Source of the DNA: Zygnema circumcarinatum SAG 698-1b
Lineage: Eukaryota; Plantae; Zygnematophyceae
NCBI GenBank assembly: GCA_037447605.1
Contig: CM074817.1
Location: 496,001 to 560,000 of the forward strand
Length of the DNA stretch: 64,000 nt
Direction of reading: 5' to 3'
The position numbers were made by a program, and so were the translations under genes. The notes beneath the pieces were generated by a model. That model was not told where the DNA came from. It was given only the letters and a program-made list of their open reading frames with translations, and did not search any database. Shown piece by piece: positions 53,800 through 64,000 of the stretch (the first letter of the stretch is position 1; each line of letters opens with the position of its first letter).

Positions 53800-56350
53800 C
53801 CAATTATCAAGCCAAAGAAGATACCATCAAGACTTACCAACGAAAAGAAAGCGATACTAATTGCCACCATGCGAACCTGACTCACACTCCCTGTGCTTTG
53901 CAAAGGGAAACTTAGACAATTGGGAACATACTCGTTTGTCTTCCAGGTCAGCAAGGTACTCGTCCACATCATCTTCGCTGTCGTGATCCGCAAACAAATC
54001 ATGTGTCGGCATAACCTAGAAAGAAGACAAAACAAAACAAAAAAAAAACAAACAAACATGTTTCTCTCAATTAACCTGCAGCACTCTTTCCTTTGTTCTT
54101 TCACGGTGATCAGCTGTGCAACTAACCAAACTCCGGCCGAATACTGCGCAACAACGGAGCTTCGTCAAGACGGTTGAGAGAAGGTCCATCATCATCCACA
54201 AAAAAAAAGGGTACCTGAGCGGTTTGAGAATGGAAAAAGGGCCTTCGAAGTAATGACGTCCTGCTAGTCCCGGACCCTCCAAAGAACCAAATTAGCAAAA
54301 CTGCGCCTGATTGGAAGAGGAGCAAGCAACACAACAACGAAAACGATTCCATGTAGATCATAGACTTCACTTCGTTGCACAAGGTTGTTTCTCCCCAGCA
54401 GACACTCCTTGACTCCAAAGATCACCATCAGTACCTGCTTATGTCGGCAGACTCCAGTTTGGTTGGCACATGCAGGTTGTCTGTGGCAGACTCCAGCATC
54501 AATTCGCCCTCTTCCACCGAAGGCTTGCGTGGAGTATCGACTGGAACTTCTCCAGCTTTGGAAACTGCCTCTAAAGGTGCTGCCTGCATTGGCCCGGAAG
54601 CCGGCTCCGCCCAGCCGGAAGCGGACTTCGGAGCCGCCTTGGCCGGCGCGGCCGTCGGCTTCGTCGGGCCCTCGAGAGACGTCTCCACGATTTCAGTTCC
54701 TGCCTGCGAAGGGGCACTCTTTGCTGCTTTGAATCGGTCCGCCGCTTCCTGATCGCTGACATGGCCTTTTCCTCCGCCCTCTGCTCCAACGCCACCTGCC
54801 TGCTGCCTCTTCCTTTTTTGACGTCTTCTGCAGGGTGCATGCATATGCGATTTGTTATCCTAACACCATGCGCTAGGCAATGTGGCATATCAGAATACGG
54901 TGCACAGCATGCAGACGCAAGAGGAACAGAAGGCCACGTACCAGTGGGAAACGGGAAAGCACATAGACCTATGATCAACCTCAGTTGCGAAAAATCTTGG
55001 AATAAGGGGAAAAACTCAGCGTCACCATTCATTCACAATGTAAAACAGCTCAATAATCAAGCTTTGGAGGGAATCGGAGAGGCATTTGAGATGTCTTTGA
55101 AAGTGCAGTCTCCCAGAAGTGAGCACATTTCACATCATACAGGCTTCGCCCTCTGAGGTAAGCATTTTAATAAGCATGAATAGCTTAGGTCACCCTTCCT
55201 ACATCAACACCTTCCTGTTTCTGCATCGTCATGTTGTACCAATTTGCTACTTTCATGAACTACATGCGATGTGATATGCAATGAGGTTACTAAACGTGGT
55301 TCAACAATCGAACAGAAAGCACCGAAGTCCTTCGCAGATCGAACCAACAAGACGTAACATGGTGGATTGACTCTTTTTTCTGAGCTCGAATGGCAGAAAG
55401 TGCAACTCACATGAAGCAGAAGCACTGATCTTGATTCATTTCTGCAGATGGCCTCCCTCTACTGCCGTCCTGCACCCTTAAGATGTTCCAACCGTGAGCC
55501 ATAACTTTCCTTACCTAGTAAAGAGACCAATCCTGCAGAAGAACAAATTGACATCTGAAATCCTAGGCTAAGGGTATCACTGAGTTCACATTCTGTCCAT
55601 CCTGCCCATAACTTGTTTTGGTCTCCTCATGAGAGAATTCAAGTTGCTTTTGGTATCGAGTAGACGCAATGGAAACCAGTCGCAATGCTTCTTCCTCGAC
55701 GAAAGGAGTCGCCAGCGGGTCCCTGGCCCCGGGTCGAGCCAGCTCCCACGGATTCCCAAAATCTTCACTTGGGCCGATCGCAAAACGACGATGCTATGTT
55801 TGTGCACAGTTGGGTTATGTGCAGTTGTGAGTGAGTTTTTGTTAAGGCTTTATTCAAGTGACACAAACTACTCTCAGTATGAGATCGAATCGACAAGAAC
55901 ATTGTTTCAGAAACCTTCTGAACTTGGCCCAAACTGAGGTTTGACATAAATACCTACTAATCTTAAAGAGCAAATTGAGAGAAAACGTCAACACGAAAGG
56001 ATGAAAACATATTAATTCTTAGAACTTGCACTTCCTTTCTATCCGATCAAGTACCTCATTTTAGATGACCATCTACTGTTTCTGTTACAACAGAAAAAAC
56101 TTCACGCACGGAATTCCGTTTCATGCCTTCAAGCAGCGACACAAGACAAGACCGAACTCACCAGCTTCTCTTCCAGAAACGACACCTCCACCTCATTGAT
56201 GACACCATCAGTCTGTCCCCATGTCCCCATGTTCGGCATAAAGTCGACGGCATCCGCATACAGTCGTTCTGAACTCATGCGGAGTACTCTCAGAGCTTCA
56301 AATCGTAGAAGCCCTGACAGCGGATCTCATTTTGTTATAAACAATTCCCC
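53800..56350 (-). CDS. Unidentified multi-exon protein (acidic C-terminal region)
   Basis: GT-AG-bounded open exons: MSSERLYADAVDFMPNMG..SFLEEKL (~56330-56162), EDFGNPWELARPGARDPLATPFVEEEALRLV (~55770-55590), an Ala/Pro-rich exon at 54.4-54.8 kb with VLMVIFGVKECLLGRNNLVQRSEVYDL, and VMPTHDLFADHDSEDDVDEYLADLEDK (~54010-53930). Boundaries are uncertain and I do not recognise the family. Confidence 0.5.
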
Positions 56351-56959
56351 GCGCTTGAAGCACCCACTATTTATCGCTAAAGCTGCTGATCTCAAACCAA
56401 AGCTGGTTCAAGAGATAGGGAGCTACAGAACTGTCCTCATAAAGGATAGTCAGCAAAGTGTCCACCAGACAGGAGGCTCAGGGGCTTGCCCAGTTCAAAC
56501 CTCGTAAGTTGTGGCAGTCCATAGGGTCAACAAATTGCAGAAGTGAATAAAACTCACATAGAAGCCAAACGTGAACTCCTCATGACAGGCTTGGAGATGC
56601 TGCTTCAAGCCCTGCACTGCCCCGTTACAATATCAACACGATGTCCTCCACACATGGAGAACCCGTTCGTTCAACAAAAGCAACATATTGGGCGATAGCG
56701 TGCCACTCCAATCCAGTCCAGTCCAGTTTACAACCGATGATACTCGAGCAAAACCATCACACTAAAAGCGCATGCTGGCCGAGCAGAAATGCACCTGAAA
56801 GTATCCACATTTGAGGAGGCAGAACGGGCACATGCTGTACTCCACCACTGGCCAACCGTCGCCGTTCATCCTGCCACGTCCTTCAGTTTCTGCTCCAGGC
56901 CTTTCCCTATCTACCCGACAATCTTTGCAGCTCCACGAGAGTATATGGAAAACGTACCT

Positions 56960-59900
56960 TCTGATTTCTTAAAATTCCCCGCATTAAAGTTGTAGTGAAA
57001 GATGGCCCGTCCCTTTCTGTGCCCAAGCAGTAACCCCAAGGATTAATCTGCAGCGCGATCCCGTCTGACCTCTCATTCATCACTCCCAATTTCCAACATC
57101 CTTTTCGAGCAGCCTCCCATCTGCCATACACAGGTCTGCCCAACCGGAAAGAGCACTCACCTTGCCCAGCTCTCCGCGGAACCTCCTTCGACTGAGTGGC
57201 TCGCTCCGTACACTGTCGCAACCATTCGCAGGTGCACTTCCGCCTGTCCCCCCGGGGGATGGCCGCGTGAGACTCTGGCCACCCTGTCCTACATTTGCAA
57301 GCTTGGCATGAGGGGACGTGCTTCAAGCCGTTGAGAACAACTAAAGCGTCTCAACCTAAAACAATTTCAGGTGGAAAATATCCATACACACTTGCACCTG
57401 TCCCGTGCCAGCCCCATGCAGCTTTAGCAAACCCCGTTTGCAGCCACTCTCTGAATTCGTGGACGCCTGCAAGGACATTGCCATCCCTTTCCCCAATCAA
57501 GCAAAACCATCTCATTTATACTTTCAAGTTTGCGTGGGAAAATGTGCCACCAACTAAACGATTGAACAACGCAGGGACATCTATCCTGATGAACCGAATG
57601 GTCACAAGGACGGGATATACATGGCAGTGCTTGAACAAAAAAAAAAAAGCAGATCATAGTCCGGATAGCGCCAAAGGCGGAAGCTGCACCTCTTGCAGCT
57701 GCCCTGCCTCCAGCGTCAGTGAGAGCTCCACACGGTTCGGAACGCCTTGCACTGGAGGAACGAATTTCGAAAAGTAACTAAGGGGCAGAAAACCCCCGAC
57801 CACCTTAGCCCCAGAAGCACGCAATTGAAGCCCTGCATTGTTTGGCCAGCCGTAGGAGAAGCTCAGGTAGATCAGTCCTCCACATTTTGGCGTGCTCTCA
57901 ACTTTCAGCAGTTGCAGAAATGGCAGAAGCCACGAAAACGCACCTGTATCGGGAATAGCTCCCACGCCCTCGAACGCAGAAAGTGTTGCACCGGAGTCAG
58001 CTGATAGATTCCCCCCCCCCCCTCATCCCCCGCCAAAAAAAAAGAGGGGGAAGGGGAGAAAAGAGAGGCCAGTTGATGAACAAGATAAAGCTTGTTCGTC
58101 ACTCAGTACAAAACTACAACTTTTCAGTTTGAAGTGGACCAACAAGCACAGCATAGCTGTCAACATACCAGAAGCAAGAAACACAAGTGTTTTCTCAGAG
58201 ATTCGTGATGTCCCATCGACCTGGACGCGGTCGAGGCAGTTCACGACTAGAGGATCCTTGTGCCACCCACTGCCAACTACCTGCTTTTCTTGGTCACGTA
58301 AAATCAACACATTTCTTGTTTGCAGTTCTGTGGCGTGATACCTCTCTTCAGCCTGCAACATGCTCTCCCCACCCATTTTCAAGCAGCTTCCAAGATCTCT
58401 CGAGGGCCACAATGCCGACCTTGTCCGGCAAGTCCAACTTTTGTAATATTTAGTGGCCTGCAGGCCTTCTCTTAAAGTTGTGTCAGACATCATGCAGCAT
58501 CATTTCAAAGAGCAGTACGCGGGTAGAGTGAAAAAAAAATGGACATCAAACCCTACCCTGGCCGCTCTCCTACCCTACCCTCGCTCTCTACCCTGGCTGT
58601 CATGTACCATCCCTCCAAACGCTATGGGCGGTGGGAGCGGAAAATGCCGAAAGCTAGCAAACCAAAGGTTTACATATAGGTCTAGGTTATTACTTCCAAA
58701 CATGTCTTCTTGGGAGATTGGATGTGCAAAGTGACAAAGTGGGACTCACAGGTAGCAAGGGGCTGTTGCTTGTAGTCAATACAGCAATGGCAACGGTGGC
58801 CACCGTTTCCAAACCGGGAGTTACCTCCCTGCAGTCATCCTTACTGATCACATGATCCTCTTTAGGTTTGGCCTGCAGCAGGCCAGCCTCATCCAGACAG
58901 TCTTGCAGAGATATGCTGATCCGAGAACTGCATGCAGCCCCCACCAGCAACAGCATGTCTTCACATTCATGTTTCTGCGACACATTTGCTTATTGGGTCG
59001 CTCAGTTAGATCTTTCAGTGATATTTGTAAAGCCATGGCCTATTCCTAAATGGAGGGCTCGATGATTAAAGCGGCTCCAGCGGTGCAATCACATGTCGCA
59101 TCTAAACCTGGCAATCCAGCTTCATACGCCAACATGATCAAGTTTATGAAATTTCGTTTCGTTTCCGCTGAAAAGTAGCAGAATACAACACTTTCTCAGT
59201 TATAAAGGCTAGCCCCTTGGACCTTTCCTTTCAATGTTAAGCATTCGTTTGACAACAAGCATTGTCGACAACATATGGCAACACGCCTTTTTCGCAGTCC
59301 CGTATTATTGAACTTAACGCATCCAGATAGTGTTGCCATTGTGACGACATCCAAATAGCAGACCTTTGGTCTGGTGCATTCGCATGTGCACATTACGATC
59401 ACAGCTACGGGGACGTACGGTAATCGGACTCCTATCAAGGAATAGAGCTTATATCTGCATTCTAGGGGTGACCATTATAGTGCCGTGTCCCAGAAACCCT
59501 CTGTTCTGGTTGCTCAGGACATCGCCTTGCTTTTTGTACGCGTTACCACAATTTATATCTGGATTCTTCAACAAGGCAACTGAAAATTACAATTTTTGTT
59601 AATCACTTTCAGATAGGCGAACTGAGGACTCGAACTGTGGTTTTGGAAGGAGTCGCGGTTTTCAATTCCTTTCGTTTATACCGTGAGCTGCATTCCCAAC
59701 TAAGATGGACTGCATCTTCCCAACAGCTCGGCCTCTGACGCTAATCACATGCACAATGGCTAGTTTGGGGCCACTCGGCCAAATACTTTCCACTACCTAC
59801 TTATTGAGTTAGGATGGAAGGAGGTGCGAGTGATGGAACAGAGTCTCACCATCCTGCCTCCAAGGGCTGATGCGCGCGAGGACCAGGGTCACACCCGCGC

Positions 59901-60700
59901 ACACGGAAAGCGCGTGTTCTGCACAGAAAAGTTCCAGGAAGGTCAGTCGGGCGACAAAAACTTCCTATCTCAATACATCATCGACACACGCTGCTCCCCC
60001 AAGTTTTCTAGCACCTGATACATAACATTACCTCTTCGCCGCTCTTTTGCGAAAAGTGAGTGTGCGGGGTAGAAATATATGCTGCAGTGGAGCGGCCATC
60101 ATAAGCAAGAGAGTTCAAGGTCAGTACCCAGAACAAGAAAAGGGTATTCTATCCTGTCCACGAATATGAGTACCGTTCAGAATTCTGGGCATGTCAAACA
60201 CAATATACACCCATTCATGCTAAGCGATGGTGCAAGCAGGAACGAAATGGCTAGAAGGACATACATGCTGCTTTCCACTCTCATCCGCAATCTGAACGCG
60301 GTGACCGAGGAGGTTACAGAGCTCAATTGCTTGATAAGAAGCTGTGTTTAATGTCAAATTGTTCCTGCCTTCCTGCTCCATTGGCACTCCGTCAGTTGCT
60401 TGCTCCACAACAGTTGAGGGAAATTCACTGTCTCCGCGCCTGCAGCCATGCTGGACCCTCTCCCTCTCACGAGAAATGCAGAGTACTGAAAAATCTGCGG
60501 AACCTAATGAGCCCATCCACTGATCACCATGCAAAGGGGGCAGTACCAGAAGGGGACAACAGCAGCTCTCCATCAAACACAAAAGGAAACGTTACTGCCC
60601 GCTATTCACGCAGTGCCAAGGAAACCCCGAGTGAGACGAAGGAGCGCGAGAGACCTGAGGTGCGGGTGCGGAGGGCCATGGAGGCCAGGCATGGCCGCGC
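56960..60700 (-). CDS. Unidentified gene with many short exons (may be continuous with the 53.8-56.3 kb gene)
   Basis: A dense series of pyrimidine-tract+AG / GT-bounded 30-130 nt segments on the minus strand, e.g. AEERYHATELQTRNVLILRDQEKQ and KHECEDMLLLVGAACSSRISISLQDCLDEAGLL. I could not resolve a unique full reading frame by eye. Confidence 0.35.
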
Positions 60701-60828
60701 CCTGCAGCCGCGCATGCCGCGCGCACAGGAGAGGCCGCCCGCGCGCCTCCGCGTCCTCGCAGGCCCTCGACGAGCTCAGCTCTTCAAAACCCTGAAAACT
60801 CTCAGCTCGTAACGGCAGGCTCGGACGT

Positions 60829-61167
60829 CCTAACCCTAACCCTAACCCTAGACCATAACCCTAACCCTAACCCTAACCCTAAACCTAACCCTAAACCTAA
60901 CTCTAAACCCCTAACCCTAACCCTAACCCTAACCCTAACCCTAACCCTAACCCTAACCCTAACCCTAACCCTAACCCTAACTCCTAACCTCTAACCCTAA
61001 CCCTAACCCTAACCCTAACCCTAACCCTAACCCTAACCTCTACCCCTTAACCCTAAGCCTAACCCTAACCCTAACCCTAACCCTAACCCTAACCCTAACC
61101 CTAACCTCTACCCCTTAACCCTAACCCTAACCCTAACCTCTACCCCTTAACCCTAACCCTAATCTTA
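60829..61167. repeat. Interstitial telomere-like array (CCCTAA)n, ~340 bp, with a recurring CCTCTACCCCTTAA interruption
   Basis: Directly visible TAACCC hexamer tandem. The same variant block aacctctaccccttaaccctaa occurs three times (~61035, ~61103, ~61135). Confidence 0.97.
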
Positions 61168-61311
61168 ACATTTTTTCAAACAGGAAAAATGATGTGGCAT
61201 TGATCTCGCGATGGCGATGCCAAGAAATCTATGTGGAAAATTGAACACGGAACCACGAGGACCTGGTCACAAATCACGGAGGACCGAGGACAGTACCATG
61301 CGATAGAAAAA

Positions 61312-62208
61312 GGAAAGTTCTATTTACAGTCACTTTGTTTCTGAAAACAGTCACTTTTCGACGGGCAGCTTGTACAAAGGATTTTTTAGCGAAAAATGTT
61401 GTTTCATACTTTTGTAGAATAGATACAGACCTTTTTTCATCGGGTGTACGGATGGTGATTTGAATGTACGAAGCGCGCGCGTCTACAAAGTATTAAGGGC
61501 GCAACACGTGGAGTGACATGATTGGTCGCGGCAACCTATTTTTTTCAGCATTGCAGGCTTTGCAGCATTTCTATACTCCCCACCTCGATCACAGTTGAAC
61601 ACCACCCGTTTCTTCGTACTACTCTTGATGGCGAGGACAACTCCTTCCTGTATATACCTCTTCCTGAAGTCTTCGATGAACTCCTCTCGCGTAACGAACT
61701 CCAATCTCCTGGTGCCTTGTATATACCTCTTCCTTCCTGAAGTTTCCTCTCTCTCCTTCCTGACGTCTTCGATGAACTCCTCCCGCGTAACGAACTCCAA
61801 TCTCCTGCTGCCTTGCGCGAACTGAACAAAGGAGGTGCGGCAAACGCACTCAAAAACTCTAAAATGGGTTTTTAAAGTCTGTCAGTTTTTTTTCCCGCCA
61901 TTTCCGACTGCCGTCTGCGGCCTCCACTTTTTTCGCGTCTCGTTTCGTCACGTCACGGTCCCACACATACTTGACGCGTCATATGTTGCCGCGACCAATC
62001 ATGTCGCTCCACGTATTGCGCCCTTATACTTTGTAGACGCGCGCGCTTTGTACATTCAAATCACCATCCGTACACAGGACGAAAAAAGGTCTGTATTTAT
62101 TCTACAAAAGTCTGAAACAGCATTTGTCGCTAAGAAATCCTTTGTAAAAGCTGCCCGGCGAAAAAGTGACTGTTTTCAGAAAATAGGTGACGGTAAATAG
62201 TACTTTCC
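61312..62208. mobile_element. Non-autonomous Mutator-like element (MULE), 897 bp, ~224-bp TIRs, 8-bp TSD TAGAAAAA
   Basis: 61312-61535 is the reverse complement of 61985-62208 (about 90% identity by eye, termini GGAAAGT...ACTTTCC). TAGAAAAA lies immediately outside both ends (61304-61311 and 62209-62216). The interior encodes a MULE/FAR1-like N-terminal fragment. Confidence 0.9.
61540..61815 (-). pseudogene. Truncated MULE/FAR1-type transposase N-terminal (WRKY-GCM1-like DNA-binding) fragment with an internal duplication
   Basis: LEFVTREEFIEDFRKRYIQEGVVLAIKSSTKKRVVFNCDRGGEYR resembles the F.tree....y....G..l.i.rS...rv...CdRgG.yr start of MULE transposases. No DDE domain fits before the TIR. 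Confidence 0.65.
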
Positions 62209-62253
62209 TAGAAAAAATGCTATGAGCGGATATCTACCGTATTTAACTACGCC

Positions 62254-62455
62254 AACCCTCACCCGAACTCGTAGCCCTAACTCGAACCCTAACCCTAACC
62301 CGAACCCTAACCCTAACCCTAACCCTAACCCGAACCCTAACCCTAACCCGAACCCTAACCCCAACCCGAACCCTAACCCTAACCCGAACCCTAACCCTAA
62401 CCCGAACCCTAGATCTTAACCCTGCGCATGACCCTTAACCCTAACCCTAACCCAA
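62254..62455. repeat. Second interstitial telomere-like array mixing CCCTAA and CCCGAA units
   Basis: Directly visible aaccctaacccgaaccctaa tandem, in the same orientation as the first array. It produces the spurious poly-NP ORF 62222..62419. Confidence 0.95.
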
Positions 62456-62636
62456 GCCTTACCTCTTAACCCTTAGCCTTGCCCTCAGCTCTAGCTGTCG
62501 TGCCGTAGCCCCCCCAGTCCCCGCAGGAAAACGTGAACCCGCCGCTGCTCTCTCTCTCTCTCTGTCGCGTTTCAGATTTGAGCATTCCCTTTGTGGGACA
62601 AGCCTCGACTCGTTGCCCTTCTGCGAGGCTTAAGGG

Positions 62637-62640
62637 ACGG

Positions 62641-62673
<33 letters not shown>

Positions 62674-62682
62674 AGGCAGGCG
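62637..62682. repeat. (GGCA)n tetranucleotide microsatellite in the NFU1 5' region
   Basis: Directly visible. The same motif family occurs at ~2070, 31505-31625, 45008-45034 and 48370-48460. Confidence 0.85.
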
Positions 62683-62702
62683 TAGGGAAGGAGCTTTCAC
62701 TC

Positions 62703-64000
62703 ATGACGTCACGACTGCGGCTGCCGCGCATGGCCAGAGGCGTGCTGCGCTCGTGGCAGCTGTGTTGCAGGGAACCTCCTGCAAAGGCGGCTGTCGCGGC
62801 TATGCATTCGATGCCGCCCCTCTCCAGTCGCATGGGCCCCTCAAAATTTGAATTTCATTCTCCTCTGCCTCTCTCCTATTCAGCACCCGGTCGCCGAGGT
62901 CTCCACTTTCTCAGAGTGCCCGAAGTCAAAGTAGTTGTGGAGCACAGGCTCAACATCTGGAGTTTTCAGCTGACGTCTTCCTGCAATGATCCGAACAAGC
63001 AGATGACAGTTCAAGGATCTGTGAGCTATATAGCAACTTGAGGATGCTTACTCGTCGTCCCTTGCAGGTGCGTTGCAGAGCAGCGTCGGCAGATGTTCGT
63101 TCAAACGCAGAGCACGCCCAACCCTTCGAGCTTGATGTTTCTCCCCGGCCGCCCCGTGATGACGAAGGGCAGTGCTGACTTCGCTAATGCGCGCTCAGCT
63201 GCAGCTTCGCCCTTGGCACGAACGCTTTTTCGCATTGATGGTGAGGTTCACAGCCAACCGTTCCTTCTCCCCAGTTACAAGGAAGTGCTCAAGCACCACA
63301 ATTAGCCAGGAGTCGGAGAATGGTGTGTTGGCATGTAGCCGATGATGTTTTGGTCCCTTGCATATTTGCATTTGCTCATGGGGACATTACAGTCAGAGGC
63401 TGTCGACCTTTCTCATGAACTTTGAACTCCTTTTGGACCATACTCTTCGTCAGCCGCACGGGAGCGTCTTTTGTTTTGACTTGGCTTGGCGCGATTAGCA
63501 TAATCCCAATCGGCTCCGTAGGCCTAACTAGTTCTTAGCCTTTTTCAGGGTCAGTCTGGGGTTCATGCAAAACGAATAAAAGAGAGGGAAATTCTAGCAA
63601 AGAAATCATAAGAAACACCGAAAATCGACTGTCATCATCACCATACGCTGGAGCCATAATCGTAGGAGGAAATGGTCGTTCGACGATTTGCCTTAGTTTG
63701 CTATCAGCGTTTTTACTGTAAGCTGTGGTCCTGGTAGGTGAAAGGATATAGGAAAGCGTTAGTCGAAGCCAGCAGCAATTTTTACGTACGAAGCAAGTTG
63801 AGGGAGCCAGAGTATCGCGTCTAAATATGTTGCACGGCAATCGGGTGCAGGCGTGGTGCGCGTATTTTTTGGCTCTGATTTTGTGACTGTAACCAAGTCG
63901 GAAGGGGCCGACTGGGGTGTTCTCAAACCCGACATATTTGCTGCCATCATGGATTTCTACTCGTCGGGGCAACAGCTTATGATTGAAGTAGCTCCCTCTT
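62703..64000 (+). CDS. NFU1: Mitochondrial NFU1-type (NFU4/5-like) Fe-S cluster scaffold, 5' part; continues beyond the window
   Basis: Exon 1 62703-62889 is Arg/Ser/Ala-rich (presequence-like). Exon 2 63079-63240 is [40 protein letters not shown]. Exon 3 from 63851 is [41 protein letters not shown]. Splice phases are consistent. Confidence 0.93.

Noticed and set aside
62176-62419. Poly-NP and poly-GL ORFs
   Set aside because: These are translations of the telomere-like repeat, not genes.
60829-62455. Chromosome fusion site or CRISPR-like repeat-spacer array
   Set aside because: A fusion would give inverted arrays (TTAGGG then CCCTAA), but both arrays have the same polarity. There are no unique spacers, and the context is eukaryotic.

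Overview
Gene-dense, intron-rich eukaryotic nuclear DNA. The proteins are plant-like, the exons are GC-rich and there are many short introns and microsatellites, so this is most likely a streptophyte alga or early-diverging green plant (inference). Genes in order: 3' end of a UBZ4 zinc-finger gene (+); a multi-TM protein ending in a pseudo-receiver domain (-), whose 5' part is duplicated across a 10-N gap; PIEZO (-); an APY6-like GDA1/CD39 apyrase (+); CDC5 (-); a WRKY factor with an atypical zinc finger (+); SURF2 (-); an animal-type ABCD4-like half ABC transporter with a ~370-aa TMD-NBD linker (+); an F-box/LysM protein (-); a NOT4-like C4C4 RING protein (+); one or two unidentified multi-exon genes (-); and the 5' part of mitochondrial NFU1 (+). 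From PIEZO onward the genes form five consecutive head-to-head pairs. The last divergent gap holds two interstitial (CCCTAA)n arrays flanking an 897-bp non-autonomous Mutator-like element with ~224-bp TIRs and a perfect 8-bp TSD. I could not support any rRNA, tRNA or CRISPR feature. Exon joins were traced by eye, so boundaries marked ~ are approximate. Family assignments rest on motifs recalled from memory, not on database searches.
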